Shown here in pieces: positions 8,911 to 18,653 of a stretch of DNA of 64,000 bases; the stretch's first letter is position 1, and every line of letters starts with the position of its first letter. The stretch is from positions 32,001 to 96,000 of the forward strand of contig CAXXSR010000002.1 in NCBI GenBank assembly GCA_963662615.2, read 5' to 3'. The position numbers and the translations under genes were made by a program. The notes beneath the pieces are model-generated. The model was not told the origin of the DNA. It saw only the letters and a program-made list of their open reading frames with translations, and did no database searches. This DNA comes from Dehalococcoidia bacterium. Lineage in GTDB: Bacteria; Chloroflexota; Dehalococcoidia; Bin125.

Positions 8911-9591
8911 ATGCGCATCCTCGTCGTCGAAGATGAGCCGGACATCGCCGATTTCCTCTCCCGGGGCCTGCGTGAGGATGGCTACGCCGTCGACGTTGCC
9001 GTAAACGGAGGCGACGCGCTCGACTGCATTGCCTCGACGAACTTCGATGTCATCATCCTCGACATCATGCTGCCGGACCCCGACGGGCTCGAGGTCTGCC
9101 GTCGCCTGCGCGCGCGGCGAGTGCGCGCGCCGGTGCTCATGCTCACGGCGCGCGACACGACCGCTGATCGAGTAACCGGTCTCGACGCTGGAGCCGACGA
9201 CTATCTCGTCAAGCCCTTCGCCTTTGCGGAGCTACGGGCTCGCGTACGCGCTCTCTTGCGCCGGCCGCCTGACCTCGTCCCCACGACCCACGCGATTGCG
9301 AACATGGTTCTGGATCCACGGATGCGATCCTGTACGCGCGCCGGCTCTCCCATCGACCTCACCCCGAAGGAGTTCGCGATCCTGGAGCTTCTTGTTCGCA
9401 ACCCAGGACATGTTCTCACCCGCGAGATGCTGGCCGACCACGTGTGGGGCTACGACTTTGATGCCGAGTCCAACGTCATTGACGTGCATGTGCGCAACTT
9501 GCGCCGAAAGGTCGATGACGCCTTCCCCACGAAGCTCATCGAGACCGTACGCGGGGTTGGGTACCGCCTCGCCCTGCCGGAAGAGCCGTGA
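8911..9591 (+). CDS. OmpR-family response regulator
   Basis: MRILVVEDE, LDIMLP, MLTA, DDYLVKPF, winged helix VIDVHVRNLRRK...ETVRGVGYRL. Confidence 0.97.
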   Translation: MRILVVEDEPDIADFLSRGLREDGYAVDVAVNGGDALDCIASTNFDVIILDIMLPDPDGLEVCRRLRARRVRAPVLMLTARDTTADRVTGLDAGADDYLVKPFAFAELRARVRALLRRPPDLVPTTHAIANMVLDPRMRSCTRAGSPIDLTPKEFAILELLVRNPGHVLTREMLADHVWGYDFDAESNVIDVHVRNLRRKVDDAFPTKLIETVRGVGYRLALPEEP

Positions 9592-10997
9592 TCCTCGGGC
9601 GACGGTCATTCCGGGCCCGTGTCACGTTGTGGTACGTGGGGCTCCTGGGCCTCCTCCTGATCGCGCTCTCCTTCGCCATCTATCTCATCGTCCGTGACAC
9701 GTTGAATGAGTCGCTGGACGAAGACCTCGAGCGGCGAGTCGCGTTGGTGCAGGCGTCGGTCGTGATCGATGACGAAGGACCCACCCTCGCGAACGTGCCG
9801 CGCAACCTGGGCGACGATGCCGACGAGGCGTTCGTCAGAGTCTTCGGCTCCGCCGGCCAGTTGCGGGACTCGGACACCGAACTTGCGCGCCGCTTGCCGG
9901 TCGCAAAGGACCGGGTCGAAGCGGCGCTGGCCGGGCGCTCCCGGACGTACGAGGTTGACGGGGCCGGCGAGTCGTACCGCGTTACAGCCACACCCATCCG
10001 GGCCGGAACCAACGTCGTCGGGGCGCTTGAGGTCGGCATCAGCCGCAGTGACACCGACGAGGCGCTTGGCACTCTCCTGGTCGTTCTCCTGATCGCCGTG
10101 CCGGTTACGGTCGCCGTGGCGCTGCTGGGCGGGCTGCTGATCGCGGGTCGCGCCCTGCGGCCGATCATCGACATGACGAACCTCGCCCGGGGGATGTCGG
10201 TGGACGCATTGGACCAACGGCTCCACTACGACGGTCCCCATGACGAGCTCGGACACTTGGCCGATACCTTCGACCGCATGCTCGACCGACTTGACGCCGC
10301 CTTCCAGCGGCAGACACAGTTCACCGGCGATGCCGCCCATGAACTCCGCACGCCGCTGACCGCGATCCAAGGCCAGGTCGACGTCGCGCTCCAGCGCGAC
10401 CGCTCCGGCGACGAGTATCGGGACGTCCTCGGGCGAATCGGACACCAGGCGGGCCGTCTCACCCAGTTGGTGCGAGGCCTCCTCACGCTTGCGAGAGCGG
10501 ACGCCGGCCGGCAAGCCCTCCAATTCGAGCTTGTCGACCTTCCCAGCGTCATCCGCGAAGTCCTGGAAACAGCGCGACCAGAGGCCACGACGCGGGACAT
10601 CGATCTGCGCCTTGCGACCGTTCGGGATCCCTTCCCGATAAGCGCGGACCGACAGTTGATCGGACAGCTGCTCGACAACCTGGTGCGCAACGCACTGACC
10701 GTCACGCCTCCGGGCGGCACCGTCGAAATCTCCGTGGCGGAGGGGCCGGACGGGGTGGATCTCTCGGTTGCGGACACCGGCCCCGGCATCCCGGAGGACG
10801 ATCGCGAGCGCATCTTCGACCGGTTCTACCGTGTGGAGGCCGCGCGGAGCCGGCGGGATGGCGGAGCGGGGCTCGGACTCGCCATCTCTCGCTGGATCGC
10901 GGAAGCGCACGGAGGGTCGATCCACGCCCAAAACCGCCCCGGCGGGGGCGCCCGTTTCACGGTCCGCCTGCCCGCCGGAGGAGATCCGGCGCAATAG
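9588..10997 (+). CDS. HAMP-domain sensor histidine kinase
   Basis: Two TM helices, HAMP, AAHELRTPL H-box, DNLVRNA, DTGPGI, FDRFYR, GAGLGLAI; overlaps regulator stop (GTGA). Confidence 0.97.
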   Translation: MILGRRSFRARVTLWYVGLLGLLLIALSFAIYLIVRDTLNESLDEDLERRVALVQASVVIDDEGPTLANVPRNLGDDADEAFVRVFGSAGQLRDSDTELARRLPVAKDRVEAALAGRSRTYEVDGAGESYRVTATPIRAGTNVVGALEVGISRSDTDEALGTLLVVLLIAVPVTVAVALLGGLLIAGRALRPIIDMTNLARGMSVDALDQRLHYDGPHDELGHLADTFDRMLDRLDAAFQRQTQFTGDAAHELRTPLTAIQGQVDVALQRDRSGDEYRDVLGRIGHQAGRLTQLVRGLLTLARADAGRQALQFELVDLPSVIREVLETARPEATTRDIDLRLATVRDPFPISADRQLIGQLLDNLVRNALTVTPPGGTVEISVAEGPDGVDLSVADTGPGIPEDDRERIFDRFYRVEAARSRRDGGAGLGLAISRWIAEAHGGSIHAQNRPGGGARFTVRLPAGGDPAQ

Positions 10998-11014
10998 GCG
11001 GGGCGCCCACACGT

Positions 11015-11032
11015 CTTCATCAAGGCTTCATC
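11015..11032 (+). promoter_or_regulatory. Second OmpR-type direct-repeat site, upstream of the PepSY gene
   Basis: CTTCATC-aagg-CTTCATC, identical half-sites and spacing to 8863-8880. Confidence 0.7.
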
Positions 11033-11194
11033 TTGTCCCGCAACGATCGTGGGCGCCGAATGCTGAAGAGTTCAGCCTTGTCGGGTCAGGGGTCGAACTG
11101 ATTGAAGTTGAGGTGCTGACGGAGAGACGGGGCGAGTCGAGATGGTGAGTTCCGAACCGGCCGAGTGATACGGTTCAGTAGGGAAGGGACGAGC

Positions 11195-11533
11195 ATGAAC
11201 CGAAGAATCGTTGGCATCGTGGCGGCAACAGCGCTCGTGGCGGGCGGCGTCAGCGGCGGCGTGATCGCGGCTCAGCGCGGTGGTGGTGACGACAACGAGC
11301 CTCCGATCACTGGCGAGGCCCTCGAACGCGCGACCAGAGCGGCCCTCGACTACATGGGCGGGGGCAGGGTGACAGAGACCGAAGTCGGCGACGAAGACAG
11401 CTTTTACGAGGTTGAGGTCACGCTCGACGACGGACGCCAGTACGACGTCCAGCTCGACCGGAACTTCAAGGTCCTCTACGGCGAGGCCGACGACGACGGT
11501 CCCGGTGGCGAGGATGCCGACGGCGACGACTAG
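11195..11533 (+). CDS. Exported PepSY-domain protein
   Basis: Signal peptide, GGRVTETE...FYEVEVTLDDGRQYDVQLD, acidic tail; typical neighbour of such two-component systems. Confidence 0.88.
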   Translation: MNRRIVGIVAATALVAGGVSGGVIAAQRGGGDDNEPPITGEALERATRAALDYMGGGRVTETEVGDEDSFYEVEVTLDDGRQYDVQLDRNFKVLYGEADDDGPGGEDADGDD

Positions 11534-11588
11534 CCCGGCGCCCGAGTTGGCGCTCCGCCATCGGCGTCGGTTCGCACGCCCCGCGTCG

Positions 11589-12515
11589 TCACCATAGAAA
11601 AGCGACGGCCAGGAGCGCGCCGAAGAGCAGGTGGAGCTGCGCGGTCAGCTTGAGGATGGCGTTGAGCGAACGCCCGCTCGCGCCGCCGCGCACGCGCCCG
11701 ACCAAGTAGAGGCCCAACGGCAGAGCGATGCCGGTCTCCAGCGACCACCAGGGCAACAGGTCGGCGGAGGCGAAGATGGGCGCCAACGCGAACGCTCCCA
11801 GCACGAACAGTTGATACTGCAAGCGCGTCCTCGACGGCCCCAGGATCACCGCCAGGGTGCGCTTGCCGCTGCGACGGTCGCCGTCGATATCGCGGAGGTT
11901 GTTGACGACCAGGATGGCGGTCACGAGCAATCCCACCGGCAGCGCCGCCGCGAATGCCTCCCACGTCAGCTCCTCCACCTGGACGTAGGCGCTTCCCATG
12001 ACGGCAACTAGGCCAAAGAAGATGAAGACGAAGAGATCGCCCAGGCCGCGATAGCCGTAGGGCCAGGGCCCGCCCGTGTAGGCGATCGCGGCGAGGACGG
12101 CAGCGACGCCGACAACGACGATCGGCCAGCCCACCACGACGGTCAGGTAAGCGCCCGCGCCCGCCGCTGCGGCGAAAGCGAGCGCCATGGCGCCGCGTAT
12201 CTGCGCCGGCGTCACCAGGCCCGCCTGCGTCGCGCGGGTTGGCCCCAGCCGGTCCGCTCGGTCCGCGCCCCTCTTGAAATCGAACAGGTCGTTGGCGAAG
12301 TTCGCGCCGATCTGGAGGAGGATGGCGGCGGCGAGCGTGGCGGCGAAGGGGCCGACCCGGAGGTCGGCATCGGCCGTCGCCTGGGCTGTGCCGACGAGCA
12401 CCGGCGCGATGGCGGCGGGGAGCGTCGCCGGCCGGGCGGCAAGGAGCCAAACGCGCCACCCCTGCCCTCGCCAGCGCCAGAGGGCGGGTCGTCGGCGGGC
12501 CGCTCGGCGCAGCAT
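11589..12515 (-). CDS. menA: 1,4-dihydroxy-2-naphthoate prenyltransferase
   Basis: AARPATLPA, NFANDLFDFKRGAD, YTGGP.PYGY.GLGD, NNLRDI..D...GKRTLAV. Confidence 0.96.
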   Translation of the reverse strand: MLRRAARRRPALWRWRGQGWRVWLLAARPATLPAAIAPVLVGTAQATADADLRVGPFAATLAAAILLQIGANFANDLFDFKRGADRADRLGPTRATQAGLVTPAQIRGAMALAFAAAAGAGAYLTVVVGWPIVVVGVAAVLAAIAYTGGPWPYGYRGLGDLFVFIFFGLVAVMGSAYVQVEELTWEAFAAALPVGLLVTAILVVNNLRDIDGDRRSGKRTLAVILGPSRTRLQYQLFVLGAFALAPIFASADLLPWWSLETGIALPLGLYLVGRVRGGASGRSLNAILKLTAQLHLLFGALLAVAFLW

Positions 12516-12524
12516 GGTCAGCGC

Positions 12525-13343
12525 CTAGGGAAGACGCGGAAACTTGGAGAAGTCCGGCTTGCGCCTCTCCAGGAACGCATTCCGGCCCTCCTTCGACTCG
12601 TCTGTGAGATAGAAGAGGAGAGTGGCGTCGCCGGCGAGCTGCTGGAGGCCGGCCAGGCCGTCCGTATCGGCGTTGAACGCTGCCTTCAGGAAGCGCAGGG
12701 CGGTGGCGCTCATCTGCAGGATCTCGCGGCACCACTGCACCGTCTCCTCCTCCAGCCGGGCCAGAGGCACCACGGTGTTGACCAACCCCATCTCGCGGGC
12801 TTCCTCCGCCGTGTACTGCCGGCAGAGGAACCAGATCTCGCGGGCCTTCTTATGCCCGACGGTGCGAGCGAGCAACGCGGCTCCGTAGCCCGCATCGAAG
12901 CTGCCCACTTTCGGCCCCGTCTGCCCGAAGCGGGCGTTGTCCGCGGCGATGGTGAGGTCACAGACCAAATGGAGCACCTGGCCGCCGCCGATGGCGTAAC
13001 CGGCAACCATGGCGATGACCGGCTTCGGCAGCGTGCGGATCTGTCGCTGCAACTCCAGCACGTTAAGGCGCGGCACGCGGTCCTCCCCCACGTAGCCCCC
13101 CTCGCCACGGACGCGCTGGTCGCCGCCGGAGCAGAACGCCTCATTCCCAGCCCCGGTCAGGATGATCACCCCGACCGTCGAATCCTCATGGGCGTGATGA
13201 AAGGCATGCTGAAGTTCAAAGAGCGTCTCGGGGCGGAAGGCGTTGCGGACCTCGGGCCGGTTGATCGTGATCTTGGCGATGCCCTCCGCCGTCGCATAGA
13301 GGATGTCCTCGTACTCGCCTTGGGCTTGCCAGCTGACAGCCAC
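12525..13343 (-). CDS. menB: 1,4-dihydroxy-2-naphthoyl-CoA synthase
   Basis: [50 protein letters not shown]; start GTG 13343 (alternative 13358). Confidence 0.98.
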   Translation of the reverse strand: MAVSWQAQGEYEDILYATAEGIAKITINRPEVRNAFRPETLFELQHAFHHAHEDSTVGVIILTGAGNEAFCSGGDQRVRGEGGYVGEDRVPRLNVLELQRQIRTLPKPVIAMVAGYAIGGGQVLHLVCDLTIAADNARFGQTGPKVGSFDAGYGAALLARTVGHKKAREIWFLCRQYTAEEAREMGLVNTVVPLARLEEETVQWCREILQMSATALRFLKAAFNADTDGLAGLQQLAGDATLLFYLTDESKEGRNAFLERRKPDFSKFPRLP

Positions 13344-13354
13344 GGGACACCCCC

Positions 13355-14005
13355 TCACGTGCCGGAGCTACGCCTCGCTCCCCTGACGGGAATGGCGGGG
13401 GCCGCGCCCGGAAGTTCGGCCCCTATGCTGCGCAGGAGCAGGAGTCGCAAGCTGGCGTGCGTCGCTTCGAGCGGGGCTCGCTGCGGCACGGTGACCCAGC
13501 GCAGGACGACGCTGTACAGCGCTCCCATCCAGGCCCGGGCGGCCAGGGCGGTGTCCAGCGGCTCAATGGCGCCGTCCTCTACGGCGAGATCCAGTTGCTC
13601 TTGGATCATCGCCGCGAATTCATCCTGAATGGCGGTCACGCGGGCATGAAACGGCCGCCCAGCACCCACCGCCTCAACGGCGAAGACCCTGGCCAGGGTG
13701 CCATGTCTCGCCATGGTTTGCAGAAGCACCGTCAGCGCCGCGTCCGCTCTGGCCACCGGCTCCCGCTCGGCCGCGATCGCGGCTTCGACCTTGCCGCGAA
13801 GCAGAGCGGCGGTGTGGTCCAGAAGGGCGAGAAGGATGGCCTCTTTGCCGGGGAAGTGAAAATACACGCCGCCTTTGGATGTGGCTGCCTCTCGCGCGAT
13901 CTCGTCAACCGCGGCATCGCGGTAACCGCGCCGCGCGATCACGGAGGCAGCGGCGCGAAGGATTCGTTGCTGGCGCGTGCGAGCGCGCGCTTGTTGCACG
14001 GTCAT
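13355..14005 (-). CDS. TetR/AcrR-family transcriptional regulator
   Basis: RILRAA...GY...[26 protein letters not shown]; first gene of tetR-menB-menA. Confidence 0.95.
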   Translation of the reverse strand: MTVQQARARTRQQRILRAAASVIARRGYRDAAVDEIAREAATSKGGVYFHFPGKEAILLALLDHTAALLRGKVEAAIAAEREPVARADAALTVLLQTMARHGTLARVFAVEAVGAGRPFHARVTAIQDEFAAMIQEQLDLAVEDGAIEPLDTALAARAWMGALYSVVLRWVTVPQRAPLEATHASLRLLLLRSIGAELPGAAPAIPVRGARRSSGT

Positions 14006-14030
14006 GAATGCAGACTGCTCAACGGCTCAG

Positions 14031-14060
14031 AGCAAAACCGACTCGGAGGTCGGTTTTGCT
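14031..14060. promoter_or_regulatory. Perfect inverted repeat, probable TetR operator
   Basis: AGCAAAACCGAC-tcggag-GTCGGTTTTGCT (12-bp arms) between divergent tetR and menG. Confidence 0.75.
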
Positions 14061-14129
14061 ACGCTAGCAAACGCCCCCAAGCAGAACAAGCCTGGCGGGT
14101 GCGCGCACAGCCCTGAGGGAGGCGAACGC

Positions 14130-14861
14130 ATGCAGGCGCACGAGCAGCAAGCTCAAGCGACGCCCATGCGTGCGGCCCAGATTCGGGCGATGTTTGACCG
14201 CATCGTCCCGCGCTATGACCTGATGAACCGTGTCATGACGGCGGGGATGGACGGACGCTGGCGCCGTCGGACAGCCGTCGCGGCCGCTCCTCAGGGCGCG
14301 CTGGTCCTGGATCTGGGCACGGGCACCGGCGATCTGGCGCGCGAATTACGGCGCGCCGGCGCCCGCCGTGTCATCGCCGCTGATTTCGCCCGGCTCATGT
14401 TGATGGACGGCCGCCGCAAGAAAGGCCTCGGGCCTGGCGACGCCGTGACCTGGGTGCAGGCCGACGCGCTACGACTCCCCTTCGCCGACGAGAGCTTTGA
14501 TGCGGTCACCAGCGGATTCCTGCTGCGCAATCTGGTGGACCTGCCTGCGGGGTTCGTGGAGATGGTGCGAATGCTGAAGCCGGGCGGCCGTCTCGTCGCC
14601 CTCGATATCACGCATCCGCCGCCGGGACCGCTGGGCGCGAGCCTACAGTTCAGCTTCAATCGCATCGTGACTCCGTTGGCGGGAGCCCTCAGCGGCGACC
14701 GAGCGGCCTACCGCTACCTTTCCGGCTCGCTGGCCGGGTTTCCCCCCGCGCCCGATCTCGCGGCGATCATGGAGGGCGCCGGCCTTGTCGATGTGGGATT
14801 CAATCGCTTGGGCCTCGGCGCGATGGCGCTCCACCGCGGGCGCAAGCCCCTCCCGGCGTAA
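14130..14861 (+). CDS. menG: Demethylmenaquinone methyltransferase (UbiE/MenG)
   Basis: MFDRIVPRYDLMNRVMTAGMD..WRR, LDLGTGTGD, ADALRLPF, FLLRN, AYRYL; GGAGG RBS. Confidence 0.93.
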   Translation: MQAHEQQAQATPMRAAQIRAMFDRIVPRYDLMNRVMTAGMDGRWRRRTAVAAAPQGALVLDLGTGTGDLARELRRAGARRVIAADFARLMLMDGRRKKGLGPGDAVTWVQADALRLPFADESFDAVTSGFLLRNLVDLPAGFVEMVRMLKPGGRLVALDITHPPPGPLGASLQFSFNRIVTPLAGALSGDRAAYRYLSGSLAGFPPAPDLAAIMEGAGLVDVGFNRLGLGAMALHRGRKPLPA

Positions 14862-14903
14862 GTGCAATTCCAGCCGTGCACCGCTTCGCGGTGGCGGGCC
14901 CGG

Positions 14904-15590
14904 CTAAGGTTCGAGCGTGTGGCCGCCGATCGCTGAATCGAGAATGGCGGTCAGAGCCGCCGGCGGCTCCCCGCGGGTTGCACGGATGAGAAGCACGCGC
15001 CGCCCGCTCCCGCGGATGAGCCGGCCTCCCCAGCGACTGCCGACCCGCGCTCCGGGCGAAAGCCTGGTGAGGACCCGAAGCGAGAAGCCGGCCTCCGCGA
15101 GCGCAGGGACCAGCGTCTCATGCAGCCCGTCCAACGTATTCGGTGGCAGCCCCGCCACCTCCACATCGCTGTTGAGCAGGAGCTGAAGCAGACAGGAGGG
15201 CGCGGCCAGCTGCCGCAGCGCAGCGATCAGGGTCGCGTCGCCCAGAGCGACGTGCCGGAGCAAGGCCGCCCAGGGAAAATTGATCGTGATCATGTGCGCC
15301 GCGCCCACCAGCTCAGCCGGCGGCAACTCCACGGACCCCACGACGTACAGCACGTTGTCGCGCCCGCCGCGTGCCGGCTTGCGCTGCGAACGACGAGCGT
15401 ACTCCGCCATCGTGGCGCGGTTCGGGTCCAGGCCCACGCAGAGCATGTCTGGCCGCTCGCGTCCGACACGGTACGAGAACGCGCCGTCGCCGCAGCCCAC
15501 ATCCATAAGGACGATGGGATAGCGCCCGCTCAGGTCAGCGAACGCCTCTGCGTCCATCTCCTCGGTCGTGCGGCCGGTGACAACCTGCAG
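14904..15590 (-). CDS. NpmA/KamB-like 16S rRNA (m1A1408) methyltransferase
   Basis: DVGCGDG, RKPARGG..NVLY, INFPW..LL, S.WG.RL as in KamB/NpmA; homology appears to extend to a CTG at 15590 (ATG alternative 15557). Confidence 0.82.
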   Translation of the reverse strand: MQVVTGRTTEEMDAEAFADLSGRYPIVLMDVGCGDGAFSYRVGRERPDMLCVGLDPNRATMAEYARRSQRKPARGGRDNVLYVVGSVELPPAELVGAAHMITINFPWAALLRHVALGDATLIAALRQLAAPSCLLQLLLNSDVEVAGLPPNTLDGLHETLVPALAEAGFSLRVLTRLSPGARVGSRWGGRLIRGSGRRVLLIRATRGEPPAALTAILDSAIGGHTLEP

Positions 15591-15789
15591 CGGAAACTCC
15601 CAACGGGCCCCGGCACATGCGGCGACCTAGGCCTATCGTAGGCGCACGACTACGTCCCCACGTGGTCCTGACACGCTTCCGGGTTGACCGCTGGAACGAA
15701 CAGGGCGAGAGTGCTCTGCATCACGACGTGGATCCCACGCCGTCGCGGATCGATTCCGCGCGACGGACCACAGGAGAGGGAAACGCACC

Positions 15790-15927
15790 ATGGCGCAAGC
15801 TCAAGAGAAGAGTCTGATGCGGCGCGTGCATGACAGCACGTGTCCGGGAGCGTTCGCCAACTTCAAACCCATGCAGAAAGTGTGTCCGGTCTGCCGGGCG
15901 GACGCGGCCAACCGCGCCGGCGGCTGA
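15790..15927 (+). CDS. 45-aa Cys/His microprotein (putative Zn-binding)
   Basis: MAQAQEKSLMRRVHDSTCPGAFANFKPMQKVCPVCRADAANRAGG; strong AGGAGAGGG RBS; fills an intergenic gap. Confidence 0.65.
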   Translation: MAQAQEKSLMRRVHDSTCPGAFANFKPMQKVCPVCRADAANRAGG

Positions 15928-16049
15928 TCGTCCGGGTGAGCGGCGGCTCCCGGGGGCGACGCACGCCCGGGTCCGAGCAGCGACGTTCCCGGCGCTGCGC
16001 GGACGCTGCGCTGTCGCACAGACGTGCGCAACCCTCCCGGCCACGCGGC

Positions 16050-16973
16050 TCACTCCCCCCGCCAGAGAAGGCGCCGCATTGCGGCCAGCCGGCCCTGCTG
16101 TTCGCGCAAGTCCGCGGCGAGCTGGGGCAACGTGGCAGGATTGCCGGCTGCAAGGCTATCGTTCCAGGACCGCAGCTCGGTGAGAGGAGGCGGCCGCTCG
16201 TCGCCCCCGGCGAGGCGCTCTAGCGGACGCCAGGCGCCGCGGCGCCGCGACCGCACGTGTACCGCGGCGCCCGCCTCCCCGCAGATCACGACTCCGCCCG
16301 CGACGTCCCAGACCTTCGCCCCCTCGAACACGCTCATCTGCAACGTTCCTTCGGCCGTCAAGACGAGCTCCGCGGCGATGCTCCCAGTGGTCCGAGTGCA
16401 GCCGAATCGCCGCCCGCGCGGCCCCTGGACCCCGCGTGTGCCGGCGGGGACGGCGCTGAGGCGCACGCCGGGATTCAAGCCGCTGGGGCGGAACCGCACT
16501 GCCTCATCCTCGCGCGTCTCGCCCAGCGTTCGGAACGAGGCGCCGCCGCCGCGTCGCGCGTGATACACGCCCGGCCGAAGATGGCGGCTCGTGGGCAGGA
16601 AGACCGCACCCACCACCGGGATCCCGCGCCAGAGCAGACCCAGCGAGCAGGCGAAGACGGCGAGGCCGTTGAGGAAGTTCACGGTTCCGTCCAGGGGGTC
16701 CACCACCCAGACCGAATCGGCGCCGGCCGGCCCACTGTCGTCCCCCTCCTCGCCCAAGACGGCACACTGCGGAAACCGCTTCGTCAGTTCCGCCCGCACC
16801 ATCGCCTCAACCGCACGATCCACATCGCTGACGGGGTCCAGCCCCCGACGATCCTTGAATTCGACATGGAGCGTGGAGCGAAACCGCTCCAACAGGACCT
16901 CGCCCGCCCTCCCAGCGATTTCGCAGGCAGCTTCCTCCATCTCCCTGAGCACGGCGTCTGCTGGGATAGCCAT
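16050..16973 (-). CDS. Inositol monophosphatase family protein
   Basis: LGEE, WVVDPLDGTVNF, GSIA, WDVAGG. Confidence 0.93.
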   Translation of the reverse strand: MAIPADAVLREMEEAACEIAGRAGEVLLERFRSTLHVEFKDRRGLDPVSDVDRAVEAMVRAELTKRFPQCAVLGEEGDDSGPAGADSVWVVDPLDGTVNFLNGLAVFACSLGLLWRGIPVVGAVFLPTSRHLRPGVYHARRGGGASFRTLGETREDEAVRFRPSGLNPGVRLSAVPAGTRGVQGPRGRRFGCTRTTGSIAAELVLTAEGTLQMSVFEGAKVWDVAGGVVICGEAGAAVHVRSRRRGAWRPLERLAGGDERPPPLTELRSWNDSLAAGNPATLPQLAADLREQQGRLAAMRRLLWRGE

Positions 16974-17088
16974 GCCGCCATCCTACCCCGCCCCCAGGGG
17001 CGTCACTGCGGCGCACTGCGCCACCGAGCGCCGCTGGCGTAGACTGCAAGCACAAGGTCCGAGACTCCGGAGAGAGGCAGGGGGCAGG

Positions 17089-18309
17089 ATGCCCGATCCA
17101 AGATCGCCGGCCCAGCCCGCGATCCGCGCTCGAGCGAGCGCGACCGCCGCGTCGGCGAGCGGTTCGGCTTCGCTGCACAGCGGCGAGAGCTGGGAGACGG
17201 CAACGGAGGCGGTCCTGGCGGACTTGGCCTCGGATACTGCGCCGGACCTGCTCATTGTCTTCGTCGATTCGCGCTTCGGGGCGCATTACGCGGACGTCAT
17301 TGAGCGCCTGCAAACGCGCACGGGCGCGCGGAATCTCGTCGGGTGTAGCGGCCAGGGGGTCATTGGGTCCGCCGTGGAAGCGGAGGACAGCCCCGCCGTC
17401 TCAGCGCTGGCGCTCTGTCTGCCGGAGGCGACGATGACGCCGCTGGCCATCACGCCCGGAGCGAGCGACGAGCACGGCATCAACGCGCAGGTCGCCGCCG
17501 GGCCTTCGGTGTGGCTCCTGTTCGCGGACCCCTACTCCGTCCACACGGAGAATCTGGTTGCCGAACTCCAGGGCCAGACGCCCGACATCATCTTGTTGGG
17601 AGGCATGGCGTCCGCGCACGACCAGGCGGCGGGCACCGCCCTGTTCCTCGACGGGCAGGTGCACAATCGCGGCGCGGTGCTCTTGGGCATCGGCGACGTA
17701 GAGGTGCACAGCATCGTGGCGCAGGGGGCGGAGCCGCTCGGCCGTCCCCTCACCATCACCGAGTGCGAGGAGAACGTGGTGCGGACCGTCGGATCACGGC
17801 CGGCGCTGGAAGTGTTGCGCGACACGCTGGCGGAGCTGGATGAAGGCACACGGCAGCGCGCCCTGCAGAACCTGCTCGTCGGCATCGCCATGGATGAATA
17901 TCAGGCGGAGCACGGCCGCGGCGACTACTTGATTCGCAACATCTTGGGGGCGGACCACGACACCGGTGCCATCGCAATCAACGCCCTCCCCCGGACCGGG
18001 CAAACGTTCCAGTTCCAGTTCCGCGACGCGCGAGCGGCCGACCAGGACCTGCGGCAGCATCTCGCTGATTTCAAGCACCGTTTGGGCGACGATCGGGCAG
18101 TCGTGGGCGCCGTCCTCTGCGCCTGCAACGGCCGCGGCCAAGGGCTGTTCGGGGAGCCCAGCCACGATGCGCGCGCCCTCGCCGAGGCGCTGGGGCCCGT
18201 GCCCACGGTGGGGCTGTTCTGCAACGGCGAGGTCGGCCCGGTCGGCGGCGCGACCTTCGTACACGGCTTCACGGCCAGCATCGCATTGCTGACGGCGGCG
18301 CGGGCGTAA
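17089..18309 (+). CDS. FIST-domain signal transduction protein
   Basis: LVGCSGQGVIG, LFADP, LGGMAS, VAQG, YLIRN, CACNGRG, GLFCNGEVGP, HGFT. Confidence 0.92.
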   Translation: MPDPRSPAQPAIRARASATAASASGSASLHSGESWETATEAVLADLASDTAPDLLIVFVDSRFGAHYADVIERLQTRTGARNLVGCSGQGVIGSAVEAEDSPAVSALALCLPEATMTPLAITPGASDEHGINAQVAAGPSVWLLFADPYSVHTENLVAELQGQTPDIILLGGMASAHDQAAGTALFLDGQVHNRGAVLLGIGDVEVHSIVAQGAEPLGRPLTITECEENVVRTVGSRPALEVLRDTLAELDEGTRQRALQNLLVGIAMDEYQAEHGRGDYLIRNILGADHDTGAIAINALPRTGQTFQFQFRDARAADQDLRQHLADFKHRLGDDRAVVGAVLCACNGRGQGLFGEPSHDARALAEALGPVPTVGLFCNGEVGPVGGATFVHGFTASIALLTAARA

Positions 18310-18340
18310 CGCGCCTCCTGCGCAGGCGGCAGCAGCGCCG

Positions 18341-18610
18341 CTAGCGCCCGCCGCCGCTGATGGCGGAGACAATCACGACCTCCGCGTCCGCGGGCACCGG
18401 CTCCACGAGGCCGGACGAGATGATGTCGCCGTTGACGGCAATGGAGATCTCCGGCCGGATCATCCCGCTGTCGATGATGAGCGCTTTCGTCCCGGGGTGT
18501 TGCGCCTCCAGGGCGTTGACGACCTGCCGCAGCGTGCTGCCGTCCACCTCCACGCGGTCCCGGCCGCCGGTCAGCTCACGCATGACCGAGGGGATGAGCA
18601 CGGTCACCAT
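18341..18610 (-). CDS. MoaD/ThiS-family sulfur carrier
   Basis: Ubiquitin-like 89 aa ending AISGGGR; follows the molybdoenzyme genes. Confidence 0.9.
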   Translation of the reverse strand: MVTVLIPSVMRELTGGRDRVEVDGSTLRQVVNALEAQHPGTKALIIDSGMIRPEISIAVNGDIISSGLVEPVPADAEVVIVSAISGGGR

Positions 18611-18653
18611 CGGCCCGGACCCTCATCTCCCCGCACCCGCGAAGAGGAGCGCG

